From contig NC_087437.1 in the NCBI RefSeq assembly GCF_036321535.1, positions 94,738,001-94,802,000 of the forward strand: 64,000 nucleotides of DNA, read 5' to 3'. Origin of the DNA: Camelus dromedarius (lineage: Eukaryota). Position numbers and translations under genes: made by a program. Shown here in pieces: positions 37,526-50,125 of the stretch. Within the stretch, counting starts at the first letter, position 1; each line of letters begins with the position of its first letter. A model generated the notes under the pieces. That model saw only the letters and a list, made by a program, of their open reading frames with translations. It was not told where the DNA came from and did no database searches.

Positions 37526-38399
37526 AAAAGATTTCCAAATGTAAATATACCTCTAGCAAAACACATCAGCAATATTTTACAGTTTTAGTCAATTCTAAAC
37601 TCAGAAAGGGAGTGGGGTGCTGCATTTATTTAATATGCATTTCAATTAACCTTACAAAGTGACCTGGGACATAAGGATGGAGATGGGCAGTATTTATTTT
37701 ACATCTGCAATTGGCAAAGGGAAAGATTCTATACATCCTTGCTTCAGAGGCTAGAATTTAACAGGTAGTCACATATTTTATCGAAGGGTAATACTTTAGC
37801 TTAATTAACACCTTTATCTACCTTTATACCTTTAATAGTTTTTGCATAGAGAATTTGAGTTCTCAGATTCAAAGTCTCAAATATGTATGAAGTAGCAAAT
37901 TTAAGCAATTCAGCAATGTAGCTTAAATTTCATAAGGATGATCATATGACCAATTTTGCCTAGAGTTGACAGTCATCAAAATCCTACTGTGCATTGTTTA
38001 TCTATAGAACAAAAGTTTTATCAGGGGCAGTACTTTATTGTGTGATAAATATCATAACTCCAGTACCTAGAAAAGTGTCTGACACATAATAGACTTCAAA
38101 AATATTTAACAATAATAATGAATTGAATATATGAAAGAATTATGACAGAAAGCAATTTTTTATTTTTTAGCATGATGAATATTTATACTTTGAGGTATTG
38201 TAGTATTTAAAACACCTAAAATAGAAAAGTGCACCATGTATCTAACTTAATATTCCTTATTTGGAAACATGCTATTATGATCCTGAATAAGATTCAAAAT
38301 GACTCTTAGAAAACAAAAACACTACATTGCCTCTCCTTTCACCCCATTACACACAATTTTCTTAAATGTCTTACATTTAAAACTTCCCTCATCTTAAGA

Positions 38400-38580
38400 T
38401 GATGGTATCATGGAAGAACACAGAAATATAGCCAGGCAGACATGGTAAAATCTCAGTTTGCCACTATGAGCAGGAACCTTTCTAAGCCTCAGTTTCCTCA
38501 TCTGTAAAGCAAGAATGATACTATCAATCTTGCTCCGTTATTTTAATGATTAAATAGAAACAAGTGTGTCAAAGCATCTA
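38400..38580 (+). mobile_element. MIR
   Basis: tctaagcctcagtttcctcatctgtaaa MIR core. Confidence 0.75.
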
Positions 38581-39567
38581 AGATTAAATGTAATTTTCTT
38601 ATCTCAGATTTATTTGAAATTTCCTTACCAATTCATTTGAAATTTCTGTACATATACCCTGAAGTAAGAAAATAAACAATAGTTTAATCTTCTCAGATTA
38701 AGTAGCCCAAATTAGAACCTTCTATTTAATATATTAAATATATATTAATATAAATTATACTAAAGATATATTAACATAATAACATATTACTGAAAACATT
38801 ACATATATCTTTCCATGAAATTATTCCAAAGTTAGAAAATATATGAAGGGTCTACCCTGGTTATATATCTTACCAGTTCTTGATCTTTAACAAGTTACTT
38901 AATATCCTAAGACTCAGTTTGTCATAAGTAAATAATAGAATAACAATAGCTACTTTATAGAGTTGTCGGGAGAATTGAGAATTCTGCATGGAGAACTTTA
39001 TCAAACTTCAACAAGTGAAACTCTTCTTAACTCTTTATTCAAGTACTTACACAACAAATGTTACGGTCGGCATTTGTTTTTCTTTTCACTGTACTCCAAG
39101 TTCAATGTCTGCCATAATTATAAAAACAGAAACAGGAAATCTCAGCGTTTAATTTTAGGGTGTTAGCATTTAATACATTTAAGCTGTTTTGCATATTTTC
39201 CCATGAAGCAGCAGCTCCATTTTTTACAACTACTTTCACATCCACTCTTAGACACAGCTTTCACTTTATTTTTAAGTAAAAACAAACATTAGGGAAATAT
39301 TTATTTTGCCCTTAAGTTATTTAATTCACTAATTATGTCCAATTATTTCTCAGCAGTATCCAAGAAGCTTACTAGTTGGACGGACTTAATAAATGTGGAA
39401 CCTGCTTTTAAGCCCAGATACTCTGTTAAATCTGTACTTTCAATTGAACAATTAAGATTTTCAGATGTATTCCAAAGCTGTTTTTAGATAAAGTTTTCCT
39501 TTATTTCCAAGAAAATATGTTGATCAATATTGTTAGGCAGAGCAGAATTAAGCCACAAATTAGTTCA

Positions 39568-39790
39568 GACTTGTGCTGCCCAGTGTGATAGCCACCTGCT
39601 ATGTGTGCTGTGGATGTGCACACTGGTTTTTCAAAGACATACAATTTTATATTGATTTTATCTTGAAATGATCATATTTTGTATGTTTGTGTATTAAAAT
39701 TAATTTTATCTATTTCTTATTTCTCTCTTAAATGTGGCCACTAGAAAATTTAAAAACACGTATGTAATTCACGTTTGTGGCTCTATGGCT
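39568..39790. mobile_element. MER33/MER3-like hAT-Charlie fragment
   Basis: gtgctgcccagt...tagccac...ttgaaatgatcatatttt...aatgtggccactagaaaatttaaaa...gtggctc. Confidence 0.7.
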
Positions 39791-39856
39791 TAGAATTTTT
39801 CAAAAGAAGTCAGTCAAAAGAATTCCCTTAAACTAGGAAGAGGCTTTATTTATACA

Positions 39857-39943
39857 TGTTTGTGTTTGTGTGTGTGTGTGTGTGTGCGTGTATAATGACT
39901 ATAGATAAAACAATGAAATACATTACTAGCACAATAGAAGAAC

Positions 39944-39977
<34 letters not shown>

Positions 39978-39986
39978 TATATATAT
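39857..39986. repeat. (TG)n and compound (TA)n(CA)n(TA)n microsatellites
   Basis: Seen directly. Confidence 0.9.
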
Positions 39987-41374
39987 TTATAAATAAACGT
40001 TCTATTTCAAGACTCATTGTTCTGTTGGAAGTTGATTACTTTTTTGGGGATTTGTAACTTGAGTAGATATGTCACCTCATCAAAGAATTAACTGAATAAG
40101 ATATTAGAATAGTTTTAGTTGGAAATGGCTGACACTTCACTGAAGCTTTGTCAATCAAGGGCAAGAAATGCACATCGGGTCCTCACTTAACCAAGACGCA
40201 GGCACCTGGAAAGATCAAGGGCAGATCTCACACACAGGGTGAGCAAGGAGGTAAAAGCTCATCCTTAGGGCCTGCACACTCTGCTTGCAGCTCTTCCTCT
40301 AGCTTCCTCTTTCTCGTCTTCACTACCTGCATGTCTGCTCAAGTGCGAAACCAGCGCCTGTCTCCTGATCACTCTTGAGCCAGTGCTTCTAAATGTTTTC
40401 CTCATTTCTTCATGTCTGTAACTTTACAGCTTGTAACACATAGTAAAAGAGCACTATTATTCTACTTTACTGACTTGGAAAATTCTTTGGGAGAATACAG
40501 TTGGCCTAATTAGATCCTAAGCCTGTAAATTAAACTAATCATGGTGTATACATATATACATATAAGGAGATAGCAAGAGAGAGAGAGAGAAAATATACAC
40601 AGTTGCACAGTATAAGGGGAAATTTTTAAGTATTTCCAAATTTTAATGGACATTTGAAATGGAACTACAGTTTTTTAAATTGTTATAAAATCTATATAAT
40701 TTTATCTTATTGTATAAATTATAAATTTCTGCAGGTAATTAGTTTCATGCAAGAATTGCAAGTTTCTTGCATATTCTCTCTCACAATGCCTAGAAAAGAA
40801 AAAAAATAGATAACATTCCTCTAAATACAAAGTTTTATTAATTCTAACTACAGGAGAATAACAACTAGTAAGTGAATAGTAGGTCGTATTTAGAGAGGAA
40901 TTACTTCAGTGATGTCAATACATGAAACCCATTACTCCCCTTCATTTACTTCATTTTCTTTCTATGCTGTATTTTTCTTGGACTGATTTTCTCAAACAGT
41001 TGGTCCTGCTTATTACTATTTAGCCAATTTGACCGTTTTATGCAAACAGTATATAACTAACACCTTCCTTCCCACACACTTGAGGGCCCATAAAACTCTA
41101 AATACCATCTTTCCACAACTCTGTGAAATGTCTAGGGGAAGTTGACTGGGTTATAAACTCATTATTTTCCCTTTTCAGAACTTCATAAGGTATTTACATA
41201 AATTCACTACGAGTAGAGATAGCTCTACAAAAGAGAGAATACAAAATAACCCCCAAAAAACCATTCAATTTATCATAACTGAAAGAAAGAGAGGACAGGA
41301 AAAAAAGAAGGACAGAGTGGTGGGGATGCATTTAAAAGCATGTATGATAAACAGATTTTGAGAATGTTTTTGGC

Positions 41375-41377
<3 letters not shown>

Positions 41378-41416
<39 letters not shown>
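41378..41416. repeat. (AT)n microsatellite
   Basis: Seen directly. Confidence 0.95.
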
Positions 41417-41419
<3 letters not shown>

Positions 41420-41587
41420 GTTATAGTTTTGGCAATTATTTTTTCTTTCAAATTTCCTTGTAACCAGTCATCAGTCAACATTTGACCACTGTGGACAATG
41501 TCTCTAAAAAATGAACATGAAGATGTATAGTAAAAAATCAAATTACTTCCATTTTTTGAGGGCTGGCTACATTCCAGACGCTGTTTT

Positions 41588-42850
41588 TCCTTTTTCATAT
41601 TTTTATTGAAGTATATTTGACATACAATGTTATATTGGCTTCACATGTACAATATAGTGATTCAACATGCAAACTGCTCACTACAATAAGTTTAGTAACC
41701 ATCTGTCACCATTTACAATATTTCTGACTACATTCCCTGTGTTGTATGTTACATCCCCATGACTTACTTATATATGGGTCTTGTTTTTTGTTCCATCTAT
41801 TTAGTTACTCAAGATTTTAAATTAATTTTTAATTTAATTAATTTTAATTTAGTTTAAATTAAATTAACATTTAGTTATTGATGGGTATGTACTTACTGCC
41901 ATTTCATTCACTGTTTTCTTGTTTTGTAGTTCTTCTGTTTCTTTCTTCTTCTCTTGTTCTCTTCCCTTGTGACTGGATGACTTTCGTTAGTGTTGTATTT
42001 TTATCCCTTTCTCTTTATTTTTTTCGTATCTGTTATAGGTTTTTGGTTTGTGGTTTATATGATGTTTGTGTATAAAAAAAACTATGTAATAGCACCTATT
42101 TTAAGTTGATGGCTGATTCTATTATCACTACATTTTTACCCCCTCCCCTACCCTACATTTTATGGTTTTCACATGATATTTTGCACCCCTTTATTTTATG
42201 TATTGATTAGCAAATATAATTGATTTTACTAGTTTTTTTAACCTGCAGACTAGCTTTGTAGGTGGCTGAACCACTGCCTTCGCTATATGTTCGATTTACA
42301 AGTGAGATCTTCTTTCGTAACTTCCTTATCTCCAGTACAGCCTTTCCCTTTCCATTGAAAGAAGTCTCTCTAACATTTCTTGTAAGGCCACTTTAGTGGT
42401 GATGAGCTCCTTTAGGTTTTTCTTGTCTGGAAAACTCTATTTCTCCTTCAATTCTGAATGACAACCTTGCTGGGTAGAGTACTTTTGGTTTTAAGTTTGT
42501 TGTTGTTGGTTTTTTTTTTCTCCTCTCAGCACTTTGGATATTTCATGCCAGGCCCTTGTGGCCAGTAGTGTTTCTGCTGTAAAATCAATGGATTGTCTTA
42601 TGGGGAATCCCTTCTTTATAACCAGAGTTATGGGTATGGGGTCTGTCTAGACTGCATCTCTGCCCATCTTACTCATCTTGGTGTCACTTTTTCTTTATAT
42701 CCTTCAAACAAGTTGTAGAACATGTAGAAATATTCTGCTAGTCTTCAGGTCGTTCTCAGAGATGTTATTCTATCCATAGCTGTAGTTTTCGTGTGTCCAT
42801 GGGAGAAGAGCTCAGGATTTTCCTACTTTGCCATCTTAATCCACCAGTCT
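41588..42850 (-). mobile_element. Internally deleted L1 with both termini (5'UTR | ORF1 3' half to ORF2 start | 3'UTR), inserted in a MIR
   Basis: Minus strand: 5' start gattaagatggcaaagtaggaaaatcctgagctc (~42845-42626); ORF1 3' part, inter-ORF and ORF2 start ending ...aacaagacccatata (~42625-41771); 3'UTR end with A tail (~41770-41588). Degenerate TSD ccagacgctgtttt (41574-41587) and ccagacagtatttt (42852-42865). Confidence 0.75.
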
Positions 42851-43859
42851 GCCAGACAGTATTTTAAGCCTTTTAATTTTGTTACTTATTATGATACTCA
42901 TAATAAGTCTCTGAGTTAAGAACTACTATTATGAACATTTTTCAAAGGAATAAGTTTATAGAATTAAATCATTTCCCCAAGATTACTGAAGTAGGAGGCA
43001 GCAGTATTTGGTTGGTCAGTTTCTGTGCATATGTGGGCTGGTGTCTCTGCACACATGTGTATTAATTCTGAAGTAAGGTAAGCGTATGCTATAACCCACA
43101 AGAAACAGGAAAGTGCCAGAATAGAGTTCCAAATCCAGATAGTCTACCTCCAGAGAAACATGATATTGATCTCAGTGCTGTACTTCTCTGAGGCACCGGA
43201 AAATCTAGTTCAGCAGCTAAAATGTACTTAGCAGAAACCTACCCAACAAAACTAGAGGGTGAGAATATTTAACAAGTGACATGGAGCATGTATGCTATGG
43301 GAATTCAAGGAAGAAAGTTATCACTTCTGCTTTGGTGAGCTGGGAAGATAATATGAGAGCAGGGGCAGGACAGTACTTGTGATGATTAATTTTATTTCTA
43401 CTTGGTGTCATCCTTAACATACACGCCTACTTGCACGTACAGGACATGGTTTCTGGTTATGCGAAAGCAGGGATGCTTATTTGTTTACTTCTAGAGATAA
43501 AACACACTTTTAGAAACTCAGGTTCCTAATTGTATCTGTGAAGATAGAAGTGTGTATTGGGATGAATTCAGCACTGCCGTGTTTAATGAGAGTGTCTCAC
43601 TATCTTTTCTCATTTGTTTATTCATTATTCTGGAGTAATGAACAATGTGCTGATCAAGAGGACAGCTGCATGCTTTCTTGGTAATCAGTGTCTGTTATAA
43701 TTTCACAGTGACATAACTGTGCAAAAAATAATCAAAGTAAGGAACGTAGGAAATAAATGAAGGAGAAAAGTGCTTTAATAACTTTAGGTGGGCCCTTGAT
43801 GCTATGTAGCATTTGTGTTGTAATTCCTTAATCTATTCATCCTCCCAATCTTCCAGACA

Positions 43860-44350
43860 CTTTTTAAATTTCTCATCCCTTCAGATTACATTACTTCATG
43901 CCATCCTTAGCCTCTAAGAATGTAAAAGCACTGGAAAAGAATTCTAACAAATCACCACCGCTATGTCCACATATCTACCTACTCGTCTGCCAACACAATT
44001 GAACGTCTCTCCCAGTACCAAAGATAAACTCTCTGTGTTTCTCTTTAAAGCTGCCTTTCACACCAGATCCCATTTCCTGTCTGGAAATGCTCTGATAATT
44101 TTCCTCACTCTGTCTTCTACATCACCAAACTTTCCTCTCTTAAAAAATCATCCCTGTTAACATTCACCATTGTCTGATATTCTATACATTTTCTTGTTTA
44201 TCTTGCATATGACTGTTGCCTCCACTGCAGTGTAAGTTCTGTCAGGTCAGAGCTGTTTCATGTGTTTTTCACTGCTCCACCAAGACACCCGGAGGAACGT
44301 ATGGCAACTCATGTTGTGCAGTGAGTATTTATTGGAAGGATAAATGAGTA
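43860..44350 (+). mobile_element. L2 fragments with 3' end
   Basis: tgtaagttctgtcaggtcagag...ttcactgct...gtatttattggaaggataaatga. Confidence 0.65.
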
Positions 44351-45984
44351 GGATTTTCAGAAGCTTGTATCAGGTTTTTATATTGATATTCATTCATTGA
44401 AATCTAAAATAAAATAGAAAACGTAAGTCTGAGGGGGAAAATCCAAACATAGATAATATGATCCCAATTTTAAGCTTTTACGGGAGAGTGAGTATGAGAC
44501 TTGGATAGAATCAGGAGGTCATAGAAAGACAATTCACATTCTTAAAATGTATATGAAACACCAAAGCTTCTTAGCTTTCTATGGCATCAGCCTAAAACCT
44601 AAAGTTTAAGCTGTATTTTATTCTAATTTTAGGTAGGATAAAGAGAAAAAAAAAAAAGGAATAGGACTTTTACAAATAGTGCCTGTGAATTTAAGCTGCC
44701 CAGTTTAACGTAACTCAGTAGCCTCATGTCTTCTTTCGTTTGTCTTCATTTCTCATCCTCAAGTGTCTAGTTTTCTGAAGTAACTTTAAATAGCTGCTCT
44801 GTGACTCATAAATGCAGACTGCAGAAGCTATACCATAGAAGCATTTTAATCTTCCTTATTCATCTAGTTTTTCTTTAACTGGTTAGTAACTTAGCAACAT
44901 GTGTAATGAGTTCTCTCAGGGGCCTATTTCCCACCTATGTATGAATTGTGTTGTCAGAATTTAGCTAAGTGGGGCTAAAAGAGAGGATTGTTTCATCTGC
45001 ATAATGACCATAGGATTCTCTCTATCTCTCGTCACATAACTCATAATCTCTGAAAGATTAGCCATATATAACCACTCTGTTTATGGGGCGCTCAGACACT
45101 AAAGAAATACTAGAATCTGGCAGTCTTTTCTATTTGAACTACATAGAAAGGGATTTATAAAGTTTTAGAAGAAAGCTCCCGAAATCACTGAAAGAAAGAA
45201 TACAATTTTCTTGGCTTTATACAGTAAATCCGTTTTCTGCAGACAATCCATTCTTCTTAATCACACAAAAGGTTGCACATCAAAAGTAGGGATAAAAGTT
45301 TGTGAAATAGGACGGTGCTTTTAAATCTGCACCCTTCTCAAACAGTCTAGTGAAAAGGCATAAATAGTACTGTCTATTTTCTGCCAATATTTTTAAATCT
45401 CTTTGGAATGTTATTAATTCTTTAATTGTATGATTTTTTTTTCAACTACTACATTTGTAATACACCAAAACTTTTTATGATCTATCATAATTTTGAAAAA
45501 TTTGTGTAATTTGGGAGGATGTAAGTGACAACTTTGGTCTTACTAAATGATTTCTTAAAATTTCTATTATGTGTATGTGTGTGTGTGTACATATAGGTGT
45601 ATTTTAATACCTAATCTGCTGAAATTAAATAAAAACTGTCACATTCAAAAGATTATAATACTTCAGAGTAGGTATTCTATGTGATGCTTTTTTTTTAAAA
45701 TACCAATTAACACAGAAAAGCATGTTAAATTAATGAGTTAATGAATGGATGGATGCAATTTTACAAGTGCTGTGTGGTGAAGCTGGGGACAGGTTGAGCT
45801 GTCAATGTCTCAACATGTATCGAAATTACTCCTACTCCAAGTTTCAAGAGACCTGAAGATGCCTGAAAGATTGATGGTTTGGTCAGAATTTCATTAGGCC
45901 AGGCCTATTTACATCAAGGATCTTGGTCTTAGTGTAGTATCTTAGCTTTGAAGAAGAGTTACAGTTTTAGGTATAACAGCTCTC

Positions 45985-46720
45985 ATTCATATATTTATTT
46001 ATTCAACAAGTAATATTTGAACAATTATTATCTGTTGGTAGCTGCTCTAGGCACTGGAATTGACCTCAATGAACTCATATTCCATTGGGAATATAGACAA
46101 TAAACAAGTGTCCTAATAAATAAAATATACAATCCTTGGTGGGATAGTTTCATTGAAATAAATAAAGCAGGGAAATGAAATTGAAAATGGTTCATGATGT
46201 GGGGGTCTGTATTTAAATATAGAGGTCAGGAAAAACCTCATACTGGAGGTCACAGTTGATCTGAGAGCAGAATATTGAGAAGGATAGTGCATTAGTCCAA
46301 GCGGGCAACTATGATTGTTCAAACCTTGGTTGTGTGAATGAAAATAGAAAGAAGTGGTTGGATTTGAGAAATATTTTGGAAGTAGAGTTTACAAGACATG
46401 GTGATAATATATTCTAAATCAGGCTTAGGGGTAGTCTGAGTGTTGGTAAAGAACCAGGGAGATAATATAAGATTTGAAATGTGATTTCTCTATGTGAAAA
46501 TGAGTGGCTGTTTGCATAAATGGATCTGAAGCTAAGCAAATGGGTCTGGGATAGATATGGAAATTTGGAGACATTCCTGGATAGTTTTTAAGTCTGCATT
46601 AGGAGGAAGTTTCTAGTAAGATAGTATATATAGAATATAGCGAGTTAACTATAGAGTCCTGGAGTGTAGCAATATTAAAGTATCAGAAGAAGAGCAAGAA
46701 ATAAGCAAAATTCAAGCAGT
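45985..46720 (-). mobile_element. L2
   Basis: atttattcaacaag...ctctaggcactgga...ggatttgagaaatattttggaagtagag...aaatttgggag. Confidence 0.7.
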
Positions 46721-47209
46721 CTTATGAGCAATAATTATTAAAATGAATAACATAAAATGTCTTGGCCTTAACTTGGTATTTATGCTCGGCAGTGGTAATT
46801 CAATACCTGTTAAGGGGATGGGGGTGGTGCTGATGGATGAGTAGGGGTGGAACTGGGAAGTTGGGGAATGGAAAGAAGTTATGTACTTGCCCTAAAAAGC
46901 TTGATACACCAAGCAGATTTTCAAGACTAGTTCTCAGGCTCAGAGAAAGGAGACTGGGAACCATATACCCATTTGGGTTGCAAGTTGGAAACTAGATGTC
47001 AAGAACAAGGCAGAAGAGTTAGAGATCTGGTCTCTACTGCCCCTCACTGTGAGGATACCTGAGCTTAATGAATTAAGCCAACCTTACTGACTGTCTTGGA
47101 CTCTGCCTGTATTCTTTGAGGTTAGATAAATGTCTACTTGACTCTAATTCTTCAGATTTCCCCTTGGATAATACTGTTATCTTTGAATGGTTTATCTGAC
47201 TGTACATAT

Positions 47210-47970
47210 CTAAGTATTTATTGACCCACCTGTGCCAAATACTTTCACAAGTTTGAGGGAAACAACCATGAATAAGATCAATAATTTTTTGTTTTCATGG
47301 GCCTTATCAGTCTCCAGAGAAGGAGTAAATAGGTTAATTGGTGATAGTATTAACTCCGGTGAAAATTAAAATGTAGAGAATAATGCTTGGAATTGATGGT
47401 TGGGCAGATACTATTTTGGGCACAGAGGTCAGAGAAAGCCTTTCTGAAGAAGTGAGATGTAAGCTGAGATCAGTGATGAGATGGGATAGAGAAGAGGACC
47501 CTGTGGATATTCAGGGTTACAGTTCTCCATGGAGAGGGAACAGCTAGGCAACAGCTCTTACTTAGGTTAACCTGATAAGCAAGGAGGTGGTGGGTATAAA
47601 ATGAGACCAAAGGTGTAGTTACACTTTCTATTTAACAAGTTAATCCTAATAGCAGGGAAGAAAATCTCATTTTTCTATCCCTAAAATTCTAAGTTCCAGG
47701 CTAAATAAATCTTATATAAGGCCCATTATGGCAGAACAAAATTCAAATCCTGTCTCTGCAATTTTATAACTGGATGTTTAGGCAATGTATTTAATCCCAA
47801 GTTCTATGTATCTGCTCACTTTAAAATTGGAATTATGTGGTGTACTCCACAGTGTTAAATAGTGATATATCCCTTATAGAGTTGCTATTTGGATTAAATT
47901 AATATATATAAAAACACCTAAACTAAATCTAACATAGACTGAGCTCACAACTTCTGCTACTGCTATTACT
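47210..47970. mobile_element. L2 (-) followed by MIR (+, ~47730-47970)
   Basis: gtatttattgacccacctgtgcca...ggtcagagaaagcctttctgaagaagtga; ttcaaatcctgtctctgca...ttatagagttgctatttggattaaat. Confidence 0.65.
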
Positions 47971-49869
47971 ACTGAGGACCAGTAAATCAAATAACCCTCA
48001 GCTATTACCCACAACTAAATGAGAAGTCCCATTAACTATAGATAAAGATATCAATGCCCAGTATTAATACAACCATTATCAAAAGGCTGCCCAGATACAA
48101 AGCAGAGTAAATGAGGATGTCCTGATGGCTTGAACCATTAGTCACGAAACAGGCTCGGTGTATCAAATAAAGAAAAAAAAAATCAACACATTTTCAAATA
48201 CCAGCAAGAACACCCAAATGGATGTCACCACACACTTTGTTCACAAGTTTTCAACACTTCTTTATTTTTATATCAATGAAATTGATAACACTGGTTATAT
48301 TTGAAAATAGATTTCGGAAAATGCATGACAAGTATTATTTCATATAGTCTAATGAATAAATCAGTCTCTGAGAAACTGAAATCTGAAAACAGTCGCATAG
48401 AATTGTATTGATTGGGAGAGCAGGACAAGCTCATGGTGCCTGCAGTAGGAGCCCCTGGGCAGCTGTTTCCATTCGCAGCTTCGCCACACGGCCAGTGATA
48501 AGTGAGGGGCCTTATTTGTCTGATCCTATGGTGCAATGGGATATCAAAAGGCCCAGCATCCCCAGGAGAGGAAGGTGAGGGAACACTCCCTTGCAGCATG
48601 ATGAATAAGGTTCTTCCACACCAGCAGCTGCCAAACAGATGAGCAGCTTTGAACGGACCCGGGGTGCACAATGTGAGCTGGGCCCAGAACTAATCAGACC
48701 TAATTAAGACAGACATGCTATGGTCCAGTAGTGTTGACAGGGTGGGGATTCCTGTAGCTTTAAATGAAGCATGTTATAATTAGGATCTAATTGAAAATCT
48801 GGAAGTGATACAAAACCTTTACCCTTCAGGGCTTAACAGGAGGTCTGTTTGGGTCCTGGTGTGCACCGTATTAGATTGTGAATGCTCAATTAGACAGTTA
48901 TGTTAAAAAAAAAAAAGCAAGCAAATAGAACAACAGTTAAATATGGTTCAAAGGAGAATAAGTTAAATTCACATATGTTTAGATATAATTCAGAGTTGTT
49001 TCTAAATTTTAGTTTTAGTTTGTCTTTATTTTACATCTACTATTAAGTTGTGGCTATTATTATAAACAGCCCAAGAAAAATGTTTGGACAATTTGCTGCA
49101 CACAGTATGCTTCACTGAATGCTCCTAATTTCTAGGATTTGGAAGAGGTATGCTCATCTAAATTACTTTTTAATAAATGTGTAAAAAAATTCGTATTTCA
49201 CAATCTCATAAAATATTTTAAAATTATCTTTGACTGTTACGGATTGCCACAAATTTTACTATTAAGCCTTTTCTTTATTCAAATTGTTTAATTTTTTGAA
49301 AATGATAGTTTTTTGTGTGTGTGGCTCAGATTTTTAAGTGTGTTACTGTCATTTAGCGCTGCAGTGCCCCCTCACCTTCCTTCCACACCTACAGATAAGC
49401 ATTAAATACTCTAAGAGAATCAGCATTTTCCATTCCACAAACCTGCAAGTGATTCTTAAGATCACTCTGGTTAGTTTAATAACATTGTGGTTGTTTTTGG
49501 CTTTGGGGGGTTGTTTTGGCGTAGCATTAGCTTAGACTGGGGGCACTGTCCCTGCGGCCATGTTTTATCTGCATATTCATCAGGAAACATCTCCTAGAGA
49601 TATGTCTTCATTTTAAAATGCGTTTCTAAACACAGTACTAACAGCTAACCTTGAATATTTTCCAATTATTTTATCTTAGGTTTTGGAATAGATTTGATTG
49701 TTATATAGCAAACCTAGTGAAAAATTCAAGATCACATCAACTATCTATGAAATGTCACTTTTGTTGATTTGCCATCTTATCAGTTTATAATTGAATTTTA
49801 CGGAAGATCAATCCAAACTGCCAAGTAACCGATTCAGGGCCAAATACAGTACTTGCTTCTAGCTGCATT

Positions 49870-50125
49870 CAGGCTCCCTTCCAAGTCTCACTTTATCAGC
49901 GAGGACCTCTCAAACCAGAGCACATAAAATAACCCTCCCATCCCTTGCTTGACTCCGTTTTCTTCCTTTCTGTGGAACTTTTCACCAAATGACATGTATG
50001 TTAATGGTTTATTATTCTAACGTCCATTTTTCTCTATGAGCAAAGGACCTTTGCTCACTGCCATTTCCACTGTGACAGGCACAGCACTGGCTCACAGTGG
50101 GTACACAAGTGAGTCTGAATGAGTA
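49870..50125 (+). mobile_element. L2 3' end
   Basis: tttgctcactgcc...cacagcactggctcacagtggg...tgaatgagt. Confidence 0.6.

Noticed and set aside
40747..40772. 9-bp stem ATGCAAGAA/TTCTTGCAT
   Set aside because: Too short for a pre-miRNA and has no other support.
48273..48671. 132-aa minus-strand ORF over the GC-richer island
   Set aside because: Non-ATG start, no recognisable domain or splice frame; better explained as regulatory DNA, although PhyloCSF would be decisive.
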